NCBI GenBank assembly: GCA_002293725.1
Contig: DBDU01000015.1
Coordinates: forward strand, 19,793-83,792
DNA: 64,000 nt
Reading direction: 5' to 3'
Source of the DNA: Patescibacteria group bacterium UBA924
Lineage (GTDB): Bacteria > Patescibacteriota > Microgenomatia > UBA1400 > PJMF01
The translations under genes were made by a program, and so were the position numbers. Of the stretch, positions 54,334-63,761 are shown piece by piece; position 1 is the first letter of the stretch; each line of letters begins with the position of its first letter. The notes under the pieces are model-generated. The model worked only from the letters and a program-made list of their open reading frames with translations, was not told the origin of the DNA and did no database searches.

Positions 54334-56056
54334 GAAACTTCGTTTTTCTTTACTTTCTTTTTTCTGGATTTTACTCTTCTGTGGAGTCGTATTATTTCGT
54401 TTCTGGCTCGTTGATGTACAAGATCTGACTTATCAAGGATCAGGATACCATGATGATCGATTATTTATCGAACATTCTAGATCAATTTATAACGGTGAGT
54501 GGCTTGGTCCATTTACGCAAACTACCTTAGCTAAAGGTCCCTTTTACCCGTTTTTCATTGCGTCACTGCGGTTTTTAGGGGTTCCACTCTTACTAGGGCA
54601 GAACATTCTGTATGTTCTCGCCGTTTCAGCAATCTGTTGGTCCCTTCACCCTATTTTAAAAAAAAGATGGCTAACTTTCCTTCTCTTTGTGATCCTCATG
54701 TTTCAACCAGCTGGCTTTGAGTCAGATGTCACCGCTCGAGTCATTCGGGCTGGCGTAAGTGTTAGCCTAACACTTTTAATTTTAGCTGGACTTATTCGTG
54801 CCTTTGTCTCTCCTCTTCGCCCTCTAAACTCTATTGTGTTGGGAAGTGCTACCGGACTATTCATTGCCGCTTTTTGGATGAACAGAGAAGACAATATTTG
54901 GCTCATTCCAGCTGTCATTATCTTGCTGACTGGAATATGGATTCGTGCTTTTATCCAACGAAAAATCAATCGACCACTTTTCACTTTCAGTTCTGCCTTA
55001 CTGTGTTTCTTATCTATTCCCATTCTGGTAGTAATGATCTTAAACGCACATTACTACCAACTGTTTGTTATTACTGACTTTCAACACTCAGCATTTCCTT
55101 CAGCCTATGGATCGTTAGTAAACGTCAAGCCTGAGCAGAGATACCCATATGTTCCCGTCACTGCCAGTACTCGACACGCAATTTACCAAGTAAGTCCGTT
55201 GTTCAAGCAGCTTGAACCCGTCTTAGAAGATCAGCTGGCCGCTGACTGGGCAACCTATAGCCAAGAACTAACAGGTTTTCCTCCACAGAAAAAAGAAATT
55301 GGGGGTGGCTGGTGGATGTGGGCTCTCCGTGATGCTGTCTTTCTGACTGGACACTACACATCAGGCGCAGACGCAGCTGCCTACTACATGCAACTTTCCG
55401 AAGAGGTGACACGACTCTGTGAAGAAAAGAAGTTAAGCTGTTACTCCACTGAAGAGAGTCTCTCATTTCTGTTTTTAAGACACGGCTTACAACCAAGAAA
55501 TGGGCTTCAGCCTTATCTCGACAACGAAGATTTCATTAAGATCATAACCAAAACACCTCAAGTTTTTTTGTTGTACTTTGCCGACGATATTTTCTCACCG
55601 TTTAACCAACCTTCTGATGGAACAGCTGCCGAAGCCCGTATTTTTCAGACAGCTACCAATGAAAAACTTTTTTTTAACCAAAGCTACTTCTTTGAAGATT
55701 GGAACCTTGTAGACTGGACTGCACGAAGATTTCGAATCCTTGAAAACATCTCCATGTACTATCAAACTTGGACAGTGTTTGTCGTTATCATCGGAATTGG
55801 GTGCTTCTTACATTTAGCTTATCTGAGAGATACCATGGCAGTTCCACTTTTAGCCATCTTGGCTTCAGGTGGGTTGCTTTTCTTTATTGTGACAACAATT
55901 GATCTCACTTCATTTCCAGCGTATGGGAACATTTACTTAGCAGCCGAGTACCCTCTCTTTATTATCTTTTCATTTGTGAGTATTTATCGTTATACCACTC
56001 TGACATTCACGCGAATAAAACGTTACCGTTCGAGAAAAGCAAAAGATTTGTCCTGA
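54323..56056 (+). CDS. Polytopic GT-C-like membrane glycosyltransferase (ArnT/PMT/GtrC-like), putative partner of adjacent GT2
   Basis: 577 aa; >=10 TM; first extracytoplasmic loop GYHDDRLF acidic motif; divergent from and overlapping start of GT2 gene by 11 nt. Confidence 0.35.
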   Translation: MQLKKLRFSLLSFFWILLFCGVVLFRFWLVDVQDLTYQGSGYHDDRLFIEHSRSIYNGEWLGPFTQTTLAKGPFYPFFIASLRFLGVPLLLGQNILYVLAVSAICWSLHPILKKRWLTFLLFVILMFQPAGFESDVTARVIRAGVSVSLTLLILAGLIRAFVSPLRPLNSIVLGSATGLFIAAFWMNREDNIWLIPAVIILLTGIWIRAFIQRKINRPLFTFSSALLCFLSIPILVVMILNAHYYQLFVITDFQHSAFPSAYGSLVNVKPEQRYPYVPVTASTRHAIYQVSPLFKQLEPVLEDQLAADWATYSQELTGFPPQKKEIGGGWWMWALRDAVFLTGHYTSGADAAAYYMQLSEEVTRLCEEKKLSCYSTEESLSFLFLRHGLQPRNGLQPYLDNEDFIKIITKTPQVFLLYFADDIFSPFNQPSDGTAAEARIFQTATNEKLFFNQSYFFEDWNLVDWTARRFRILENISMYYQTWTVFVVIIGIGCFLHLAYLRDTMAVPLLAILASGGLLFFIVTTIDLTSFPAYGNIYLAAEYPLFIIFSFVSIYRYTTLTFTRIKRYRSRKAKDLS

Positions 56057-56994
56057 AGAAGAAGCTTTTCAATTCCCTCTGCATATAAACTATGTGCTAG
56101 TGCCGAAGGGTGCCTCTCCATCTTTGTAACAAATAGTTTTTCTTGTTGCTTGGTGTTATCGAGACCTAGCATTCCAAAAGTCAGAACTGGGAGCCCAAAC
56201 TGACGATATTGATCGGCCATTGCCAAACTGTCAGGGTTAGATGTCAGCAGCGAGTCTAGATCAACATATACTGCATGTTCCCGTGGAAACTCAGGGAGCA
56301 AGGCTTGTACCACACAGTAGTTTTTAGTCCCAGTTTCCAGTGATCGTTTTACTCGTTGAGGATAAACAACGCCTACGTCAACTTGATCGTAATCTTCAGA
56401 GATATCCCAAACAATCTCCCCTTCACAAGCATCTATCTTTTCCTGTCCCTCATTCCCGTACCAGGGATATTTTTTGAGAAAAGCGTCGTTATGAACGATG
56501 GCAAAGACATAGAGGTCAACTTTTGTTCCTGATTTCTGAACAGCAAGATACTTCCGCCATTGGTCAATAATGTTGTCACCTTCTAAGGCAAAAGTGAGTA
56601 CTTGAGTTGGTCGATGTCGGTCTAGTTTTCTTTCCAAGACATCTCCAAGTCGCTGGTCTTCTCTGACACCTTTCCCCCAAATATAGGAGTCTCCAAAGAG
56701 CGCAATCGTAAACTCATTCGAGGCAGTGCTTCCCAGTACTCGGGGTTCTTTTTCTTCTTCAATGTACTCTATCAGAGCCAAAACATCTTCTCCTCGACTG
56801 CCAAAAGTGGAAAGTGCTTTATAACTCCCATCGTCTACCGGCCAATATCCGTGTGCGATGGATTTTTGATAAAAAAACTTATCAAAGAAGTAATGCTCCG
56901 CAACCAAATAACATCCTATCACTGCCACGATGGTAGTAACTGTGAGTGCTCCAAAAACCAGCACAACTGGAAGAGTTTTTTGACGGAGAAACAT
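56023..56994 (-). CDS. SGNH/GDSL hydrolase family protein, membrane-anchored
   Basis: 323 aa; N-terminal TM then FTIALFGDSYIWGKG (GDS block I). Confidence 0.55.
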   Translation of the reverse strand: MFLRQKTLPVVLVFGALTVTTIVAVIGCYLVAEHYFFDKFFYQKSIAHGYWPVDDGSYKALSTFGSRGEDVLALIEYIEEEKEPRVLGSTASNEFTIALFGDSYIWGKGVREDQRLGDVLERKLDRHRPTQVLTFALEGDNIIDQWRKYLAVQKSGTKVDLYVFAIVHNDAFLKKYPWYGNEGQEKIDACEGEIVWDISEDYDQVDVGVVYPQRVKRSLETGTKNYCVVQALLPEFPREHAVYVDLDSLLTSNPDSLAMADQYRQFGLPVLTFGMLGLDNTKQQEKLFVTKMERHPSALAHSLYAEGIEKLLLQDKSFAFLER

Positions 56995-57852
56995 TTACAG
57001 AAGCTCTATATCCTCAATCATAGGATAGATGCTATATGTTTCTGTTGTAAAGGGAAGCCCAGCATTGATACTGACGCGGTAGTTATCCAACATTACGACG
57101 TCCTTGCCATTGACTCGTTTGACTGCAACTTCCATTTCCATCGCTATATCTTGATATAGGGGGTTATAACGCACATGGAAGTTACCTAAGTAATCTTCAG
57201 TAATCTGTTTGGCTTGAGTTACTTTTACATCAGTAACTTTCATAATTACATTCCCGTGCGAGTCGTACATCGCGTCGCCCACTTTAATCTTCCGAGCCAG
57301 ACTGGGCTCTACACCTCTACCAATAGTTTTCACTCGAACCATACGGTCCTCCACATTGAGCTTTACTATATTGGGGGCATCGATAACAAAACCGTCAAAA
57401 GTAACATTATTCAAGTTAAAACGCATAGGCGTACCGTACATCAGTGTTTTACCGCGGGCGGAGTAGGTTTGAGTACGCGTGTCATATGTTGCCCGAACGC
57501 GGAGTGTTAGGTACACAGTTTTTGTTTCTGGAGTAACAGAGAATGACTCTACGTTAGTGATTTCTGTCACGATACGGCCAATCACGTCTCGCTCGAAGTC
57601 TCCAACATGAAACTGCCAAGCATAGATATTTCGCGGTTCTCGATATGCTGAAAGTACTTCTTGGTCTGTCACTTTAACTCGGATATCGATGTACTGCGCC
57701 CGTCGGTAGAAGAAAAGGAAGAAGCCAACTAAAACAACGACTACCGTGATACCAATCACTGCATCAAACCAATGAATTTTAGGAATTTTCTTTAATAGTT
57801 TTTTCATCTTTTCCCTTAACAGACACCGAAAGATAGTACCAATATCCCCCAA
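56995..57852 (-). CDS. Hypothetical membrane-anchored protein
   Basis: 285 aa; single N-terminal TM; start codon abuts stop of SGNH gene. Confidence 0.3.
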   Translation of the reverse strand: MGDIGTIFRCLLREKMKKLLKKIPKIHWFDAVIGITVVVVLVGFFLFFYRRAQYIDIRVKVTDQEVLSAYREPRNIYAWQFHVGDFERDVIGRIVTEITNVESFSVTPETKTVYLTLRVRATYDTRTQTYSARGKTLMYGTPMRFNLNNVTFDGFVIDAPNIVKLNVEDRMVRVKTIGRGVEPSLARKIKVGDAMYDSHGNVIMKVTDVKVTQAKQITEDYLGNFHVRYNPLYQDIAMEMEVAVKRVNGKDVVMLDNYRVSINAGLPFTTETYSIYPMIEDIELL

Positions 57853-59356
57853 ATCCTAAAACTATTCCCAAGAAGGGAAACTCAACAATACCAATATGAG
57901 GTAGAAAGATCCAGAATACTATGTTGAGTAGTAAACCCCCAATATACCCCAAACGAAAGTATTTGTGTGAAGAGTATTTTCTGCCTACTACTATGGCAAA
58001 ACGAAGGAGATATAAAAACGGAAGGAGCAGAATGATCAAGCCCACCAGACCAATTTCAAGCCAAAGTTGCAGAAAAGTCATGTGGACCACTGCTGGAAAA
58101 ACGCTCATTACTCCATCTGGAAAAAGACGATGCAGTACATACTCATTTGTTCCTACACCATAGCCAACCAGAGGACTGCCAATGATAGCTTCGATTGCTT
58201 CTTCAAACATACGTAACCGAATCGCCAAACCAGCTCCCTCATAACCAGTATTAACACTCAGAATAACTCTAGGAATTAAGCTAAAGGCACTCAAAATAAA
58301 GGCAGAAAGCGCCAAAAAGGCAATCCTTTTTATACCAACTTTTCTTAATAAGAAGAGTACTTCAGCCGAGTAAACTCGCAAGTTGAGTAACACTACTAAT
58401 GCGGAACCAATCATCACTGATCGGCTTTGGGTAAGGATGATCGTAATAAAGCCAAAACATGCTATGACGCTATAAAGAATAGATTTCTTTTGTAAAGCAT
58501 ATGGAAGAAGTAAAGAGCTTAAGAGACCAACCACTAGCGCCAGTTGGTTCGCCATCATAAAGGTTGCCATTACGCGAAAAACTGCGTTGTTTTCATCGAG
58601 GCCTGTTGCAAAAGTACCAGCAGAAAATGCTTCAAATGGCAGTCCCACACTACGCTGAAAGATGAGCTGTAACATACTGACTACAAACTGGGTACAGAGC
58701 ACCCCGCTGATGGTAATCATTAAGTATTTTTTAAAACGAGGCTGGGTCATTAATCCAAGGCAAATACCGGTTGCCACGAAGTACATAAATGAGTACTGCC
58801 ATAACCAAACTAAAGAGAGCTGAAAGTACGGCGAGAACCGACTACTGCTATATAGTCCAATTCCCAAAAAGGCAGTCCAAACTATAACCATTCCTAATAA
58901 CACTCGGGTCATGTAGGTCGTTAACTGTTTTCTCTTTAGGATTAGCTCGCGAAAAAATGCGCCAAAGCTCAAGATAAAAAAGAAGCTTGCTAGATGATAG
59001 TAATACGTAATCGAGTAACCAAAGCTATAGACCCTTTCTGCAATCTCACTACCTCGAATAACCTCGATGCTATACCCCTTATTTGGGTGAACGAACTGGA
59101 GTGTAAAAAGAAATGTCAAAAAAAAGCCAGCAAAAGCGTTTTTAAGCCTATAGGAAATAATGCTGGCAACGATGAGGTATAGTACAAAGAATGACCGAAT
59201 CCCGCCGAAAAAAGAAACCGAGGAGATCAACACCGCGCCTGCAAAAAGAAACGCCAAGGTTAAAGAAGAGCTTGCCCAAATGTTACGTGCTTGTACGAGG
59301 CAGAAATGCAGAAGCCTTTGTTGAGCGTTGTCTTGAGTCAATTTTGAACCAAACAT
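57779..59356 (-). CDS. Polytopic membrane protein, Wzy-like oligosaccharide repeat-unit polymerase (putative)
   Basis: 525 aa, ~12-14 TM, large periplasmic loop; no soluble domain. Confidence 0.4.
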   Translation of the reverse strand: MFGSKLTQDNAQQRLLHFCLVQARNIWASSSLTLAFLFAGAVLISSVSFFGGIRSFFVLYLIVASIISYRLKNAFAGFFLTFLFTLQFVHPNKGYSIEVIRGSEIAERVYSFGYSITYYYHLASFFFILSFGAFFRELILKRKQLTTYMTRVLLGMVIVWTAFLGIGLYSSSRFSPYFQLSLVWLWQYSFMYFVATGICLGLMTQPRFKKYLMITISGVLCTQFVVSMLQLIFQRSVGLPFEAFSAGTFATGLDENNAVFRVMATFMMANQLALVVGLLSSLLLPYALQKKSILYSVIACFGFITIILTQSRSVMIGSALVVLLNLRVYSAEVLFLLRKVGIKRIAFLALSAFILSAFSLIPRVILSVNTGYEGAGLAIRLRMFEEAIEAIIGSPLVGYGVGTNEYVLHRLFPDGVMSVFPAVVHMTFLQLWLEIGLVGLIILLLPFLYLLRFAIVVGRKYSSHKYFRLGYIGGLLLNIVFWIFLPHIGIVEFPFLGIVLGFGGYWYYLSVSVKGKDEKTIKENS

Positions 59357-60039
59357 ATAAAAACGTTACGATCCTCTTCGTCGATGACGCCTCTGACTAT
59401 ACCAAAGAAGTACGAAAAAGAATTAACCATCTCTTACGTGACCATGTCGTGGTCTGGCGCAAAGAGCGTTACTTCTCAGTCCGAAATGCTTATGAAATGA
59501 TCACAACTTTTTGTGATGACCCCGATGGAGTAGTTGTCAACGTTGATGCTGACGATTGGCTGGCTCACCGTACTGCGCTCAAAACTATCATCCAGTTTTA
59601 TAAGACTGAACGTTGTCTCTTTAGCTATGGCAACTGTTATGTCTGGCAAGGTCAGGATCTCGATAGACTGCCGATTGCTTCTGAAGTTATGCCTGCCTGT
59701 AACATCCCGTACTCTAAAGATGTCATTAAAAACCATACTTTTCGCTCTGTTCCATTTTTAATTTACCATCCAAGAACTTGGAAAGTGGGCGCTTTTAAGT
59801 CTATTCCACTAGACGCTTTTAAACGAAGCGATGGCCATTGGCTGCAGTTTTGTGAAGATCAAGCAATCTTCTTTCCATTGTTAGAGATGTATCCGAAACA
59901 GTGGTACTTCTGTCCTACTCCGTTATCTGTCTATAACCAAGCAAACGTTTCGGCAGATATAAAATTGCATCGTTTAGAAACCCTGAGAGATGAGATTGAG
60001 ATACGTCGAAAGACACCATATGCGCCAGTCAGCATATAA
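59191..60039 (+). CDS. Glycosyltransferase family 2 (start likely at TTG ~59266)
   Basis: ...KCYVLVRGRNAEAFVERCLESILNQTYKNVTILFVDDASD... and NVDADDWL DXD motif; annotated ATG start overlaps opposite-strand gene by 166 nt. Confidence 0.55.
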   Translation: MTESRRKKKPRRSTPRLQKETPRLKKSLPKCYVLVRGRNAEAFVERCLESILNQTYKNVTILFVDDASDYTKEVRKRINHLLRDHVVVWRKERYFSVRNAYEMITTFCDDPDGVVVNVDADDWLAHRTALKTIIQFYKTERCLFSYGNCYVWQGQDLDRLPIASEVMPACNIPYSKDVIKNHTFRSVPFLIYHPRTWKVGAFKSIPLDAFKRSDGHWLQFCEDQAIFFPLLEMYPKQWYFCPTPLSVYNQANVSADIKLHRLETLRDEIEIRRKTPYAPVSI

Positions 60040-61603
60040 CCTTCGCTACTCTCGATTGTTAAGTCTTCCTCTTATTGGAGTTAGTCTTTACTTTTTACAA
60101 CTCTTCCTCTTACGAGTTGGTTTTCTCCATACAGTCTGGATCTCTCGGAAAGCAGTTCCTGTGCGCACACGGTTGCTTCATCTATTACAACAAAAAGCTA
60201 GCGTAATTTTTTGCCAAGCATGGCAGCTCGGCGAGCAACTCAGACCTCTTCAACATAACTTTGTTCTAGTTTACCGAGAGTCACATCCCAGAAATTTAGA
60301 CTTATCAGACCTTTACTGTCTACAGTGGTCTCTAACATTAGCTCAGGCTGTCACTCCAGAGAGTATCTCTTCCCTAGGTGAACTACTTCCCAAAAACTAC
60401 CCAGTCTGGCGGACAGTAGCTCTTTCCGTCCACCAAGAGCTATCTGTGCAGTGTGATTTTATCGAGCAAACAGTAAAAGAGTTGGTTCGTAGAAAGTTTG
60501 TTGTCGTACTCGTTAGTCATGTTAAACAACCATCTCACATTAAAGAACGATACACCGATCAAGCTAAAGTTTTACTGATTGAAACCCCACCACCTTCTTT
60601 CTTTAGCCATCTTCCCTATCGTTTACAACTCTCTGCGACTAACATTTGGAAGATCTTCATCACCTTGCGCATTAAGTACATCCTTCAGCTATTTCGCAAC
60701 CCGCTGTTGTGGTGTTTTGACCCTGATGACATTCAGTCACTTGAGTTATTCCCTCCTCAAATCCCTACTTTATATGACTGCGTTGACTTCTATACCAGTC
60801 TCGATGAAAAACTAAAGAAAAAAATTGAAAAAAACCAGCAGAAACTGCTCCGACGAGCAACTTTTGTATGCGTTAACTCTCGAACCCTAGACAAGATTCA
60901 CAAGAAGATCAGAAAAGATGTCAGACTTGTCCCACAAGGTTTTGATCGGTCTTCATTTTTAACAGTAGCGAGAAAGGCAAAAAGTGAGCAAGTCAGAGCA
61001 TTTTTTTCGGCACTCAGAGAGCGACAAAAAAGCTACAGAGGAGTTGTAACCTATGTCGGGACATTATCCTACCGAGTTGACTACCAACTTTTAATTCAGG
61101 TTATTCGTTCCACTCCTAAACTTCTTTTCTGTTTACCACAAACGGTACTGCCTTGGCAGGCTGAAGATGAAACGACACTTTGGCAACAGTTTCTCCAGGA
61201 ACTCAAAGCCCTTCCGAATGTACTGTGGTTTCCTCAACTCAAACGAGTCGAAGTAAAAATGCTTTTAGCTCAAAGTAATGTTGGTTTTATTCCTTACAAC
61301 ACACGATTTCTCTTTAACCGCTACTGCTTTCCAATGAAACTCTTTGAGCACTTTAGCGTTGGCATTCCTACTGTTTCTACTCCTATCGAAGAGTTAAAGT
61401 ACTACGCTGATTACGTCAAAGTTGGAAGAGACAGCCTCCAAGTGCGAAAACACCTACTAGCCTCAGTTAAAAAACCACTTAGTTCAGTACAAAAAAAAGA
61501 ACTAGAAAAACTCTGTCAACAACATAGTTGGCAGGCAAAGGTTGGCACAATCGTTAATTTGTTGAATGAAGAGTACTACTCAAAGTCTCAATTTTTGCTT
61601 TAA
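59990..61603 (+). CDS. Divergent GT4-like glycosyltransferase (GT-B C-terminal domain)
   Basis: 537 aa; ...NRYCFPMKLFEHFSVGIPTVSTPIEEL... EX7E-like motif. Confidence 0.35.
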   Translation: MRLRYVERHHMRQSAYNLRYSRLLSLPLIGVSLYFLQLFLLRVGFLHTVWISRKAVPVRTRLLHLLQQKASVIFCQAWQLGEQLRPLQHNFVLVYRESHPRNLDLSDLYCLQWSLTLAQAVTPESISSLGELLPKNYPVWRTVALSVHQELSVQCDFIEQTVKELVRRKFVVVLVSHVKQPSHIKERYTDQAKVLLIETPPPSFFSHLPYRLQLSATNIWKIFITLRIKYILQLFRNPLLWCFDPDDIQSLELFPPQIPTLYDCVDFYTSLDEKLKKKIEKNQQKLLRRATFVCVNSRTLDKIHKKIRKDVRLVPQGFDRSSFLTVARKAKSEQVRAFFSALRERQKSYRGVVTYVGTLSYRVDYQLLIQVIRSTPKLLFCLPQTVLPWQAEDETTLWQQFLQELKALPNVLWFPQLKRVEVKMLLAQSNVGFIPYNTRFLFNRYCFPMKLFEHFSVGIPTVSTPIEELKYYADYVKVGRDSLQVRKHLLASVKKPLSSVQKKELEKLCQQHSWQAKVGTIVNLLNEEYYSKSQFLL

Positions 61604-63761
61604 CTTCATCTACCGTTTGCCGATCAAAATCTCTCTTTTCTTCACTGCCAGTCTCCCAAGTTTCTATCGCTTTTTGATAAGAAAGCAAGATATTTTTGAG
61701 TTCTTCAGCTGAAGAACTCAAACGAGTTTTATGAGACTGCCACTGTGTTTTAACTAACTCATAGATGCCCCAATCGTGACCTTGTTTCAGCAAGACTGTT
61801 ACCAGTCGTTCGGTAGCATAAATATCTCCATCGATGAGTGCTCGCTGAAGCTGTAGTGCTTCAGCTTGGTAGATGAGCTCATCGTATCGCGCCACGGTTC
61901 CAAACTCTACTGTTTCTAATAAATTGAGCAACTGTGGTCTGGAGAGTTCATTCAGCCGATGCATAATCGGAACTTCAGAAATATAAAATCTGTTTGGATT
62001 AATTTCATATCCAAGTTGGTAGAAACGTACTGCTTTATCTTTGTCGCTCTCAAAGAGAGAGTCACCTGCTTCAGTAGCCCAAGCCGCGACTTCACGGTGC
62101 TGATCATACTCAATGTCTTGCAGCTTCCCTGCAATCAGCTTTGCTCTCCACTTTTCTAGCGCAACTTCAAACTGCGACCAATCTTTAGATTCATATACGG
62201 CTTGAAGGTAATAAAGCTGTCTTTCCTGAGAAAGTGGGTCAAGCTGATTCGCTTTTTCTAAAAACTTTGCTTTATCGGCAGCTGACGTGTGAGCAGCACT
62301 TGCAGCCGTAACCCAAACTCGGTAATGCGCATCGTAAAGCCAAAGATAGTACTGACGGGACTTCTCATCAATTGGGTGAGAGTCCACCAGCAGATCTTCC
62401 ACTCGCCAGAAAGCAAAAGGAAACAACTGAACCGCTCGCTGTTTATCTCCCAATCTCCATACTCCTACGGAAATGACGTATAGCCCTGCCCATAACACAA
62501 CAATGCTACCTAAAGTAAAAAAGGAAAGTCGTACTACCTTGTTCCATCTTGCTAAAAAAGGGGCTGACTTTGCAGACAAGTCAATTTTTTGTTCAGTTAT
62601 CCAAACTCCCGTCAGTAACAAGAACACTAACCACAAACCGACCATGTGAAAGTTAAAGTCAAAAAGTGCTTGGAAAAGCACCATCACCGTACCTAGTCCA
62701 ATCCCAAACTGCACCCTCTCTTGGGGTGAATGTAATGCACGAACTGCCATTAAGAGCAGCCACCCAGTGAAACCAAGAAAGATCATGCCACCCAAGACTC
62801 CCAATTCTGTGAACATCTGTAAGTACTCGTTGTGAGCATATCCAGAGTACTCTCCAGAATGCTCTTGAAAACGCGGTGAAAGTAGCGCAAACGTTCCTGC
62901 TCCCCAACCTGTCAACGGACGTTGTTGCCAAGCTCGAATGGCTTGCGACCAATACGCTGGACGAAGCTCCGTATGAATCGACTTACACAACTGGTCTTTA
63001 AACTGAAGAACTGGACAGGCTCCATCCAAAAAACGAGATGAAAAACTGAGTACAAGAAAGATAACTCCCACCGATAAGATCACTCCAAAAAAGAGTCCGC
63101 CTACCCTTCGCAATTTTTTGTCCATCGTCGTTCGCCAAAGCACTAAAACTTCAACTGCACCAAGCAAGATCCCTACCCGAGAAAAACTAAGAAGTAATGC
63201 CAAGAGAATAATTACTACACCTAAACGAGCAACTTTTTTTCTTTCTCGTTCGGCTAAACTCCAAACCAGCGGCAAAATAAGTAAAAACAATGTAACTGCT
63301 TGGTTATGACCAAAGTATGAGGTCAATAAAGTGCTAGATGGAAGGAATGTTTGCAGCTGCGGTGAGAAAGTGTAAAACACTGTCATCACAGCAAAGATAA
63401 TGGACAGCACCACGCTCCCCAATAACAGCATAGCGTTTGGCATCCAGACTCTATCTCGATAGATTACAAATAGAAAAAGTAGAAAAGAAGCAGATAGATT
63501 GATGGATGAGTACAAGGTAAAGGGAAAGCTAATTGTTGTGATCAGTGATAGCAATGAAAACAGGGTGAGTAGACCCATCAAAGCGACTGGGACAAGTGTT
63601 TGAAACGTATTAGTAATCTTTAACTGTCGATGAAACAGAAGTAACAAAAGTACCAATCCGCCTAAAAGAGGAATGCCAGGAGTGGTTTCTCCAAAAATAA
63701 GAAGCAAAAAAAGAAGAGTGAAAAACAACAGAAAAAAAACCGTTTGAGACGCGGAATACAT
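61554..63761 (-). CDS. Second Wzy_C-domain (O-antigen ligase / O-oligosaccharyltransferase-like) membrane protein with C-terminal helical domain; paralog of 45973..48189
   Basis: 735 aa; ACPVLQFKDQLCKSI Cys pair and ...YAHNEYLQMFTELGVLGGMIF... Wzy_C motif; C-terminal ~300 aa helical. Confidence 0.6.
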   Translation of the reverse strand: MYSASQTVFFLLFFTLLFLLLIFGETTPGIPLLGGLVLLLLLFHRQLKITNTFQTLVPVALMGLLTLFSLLSLITTISFPFTLYSSINLSASFLLFLFVIYRDRVWMPNAMLLLGSVVLSIIFAVMTVFYTFSPQLQTFLPSSTLLTSYFGHNQAVTLFLLILPLVWSLAERERKKVARLGVVIILLALLLSFSRVGILLGAVEVLVLWRTTMDKKLRRVGGLFFGVILSVGVIFLVLSFSSRFLDGACPVLQFKDQLCKSIHTELRPAYWSQAIRAWQQRPLTGWGAGTFALLSPRFQEHSGEYSGYAHNEYLQMFTELGVLGGMIFLGFTGWLLLMAVRALHSPQERVQFGIGLGTVMVLFQALFDFNFHMVGLWLVFLLLTGVWITEQKIDLSAKSAPFLARWNKVVRLSFFTLGSIVVLWAGLYVISVGVWRLGDKQRAVQLFPFAFWRVEDLLVDSHPIDEKSRQYYLWLYDAHYRVWVTAASAAHTSAADKAKFLEKANQLDPLSQERQLYYLQAVYESKDWSQFEVALEKWRAKLIAGKLQDIEYDQHREVAAWATEAGDSLFESDKDKAVRFYQLGYEINPNRFYISEVPIMHRLNELSRPQLLNLLETVEFGTVARYDELIYQAEALQLQRALIDGDIYATERLVTVLLKQGHDWGIYELVKTQWQSHKTRLSSSAEELKNILLSYQKAIETWETGSEEKRDFDRQTVDEVKAKIETLSSTLHSTN

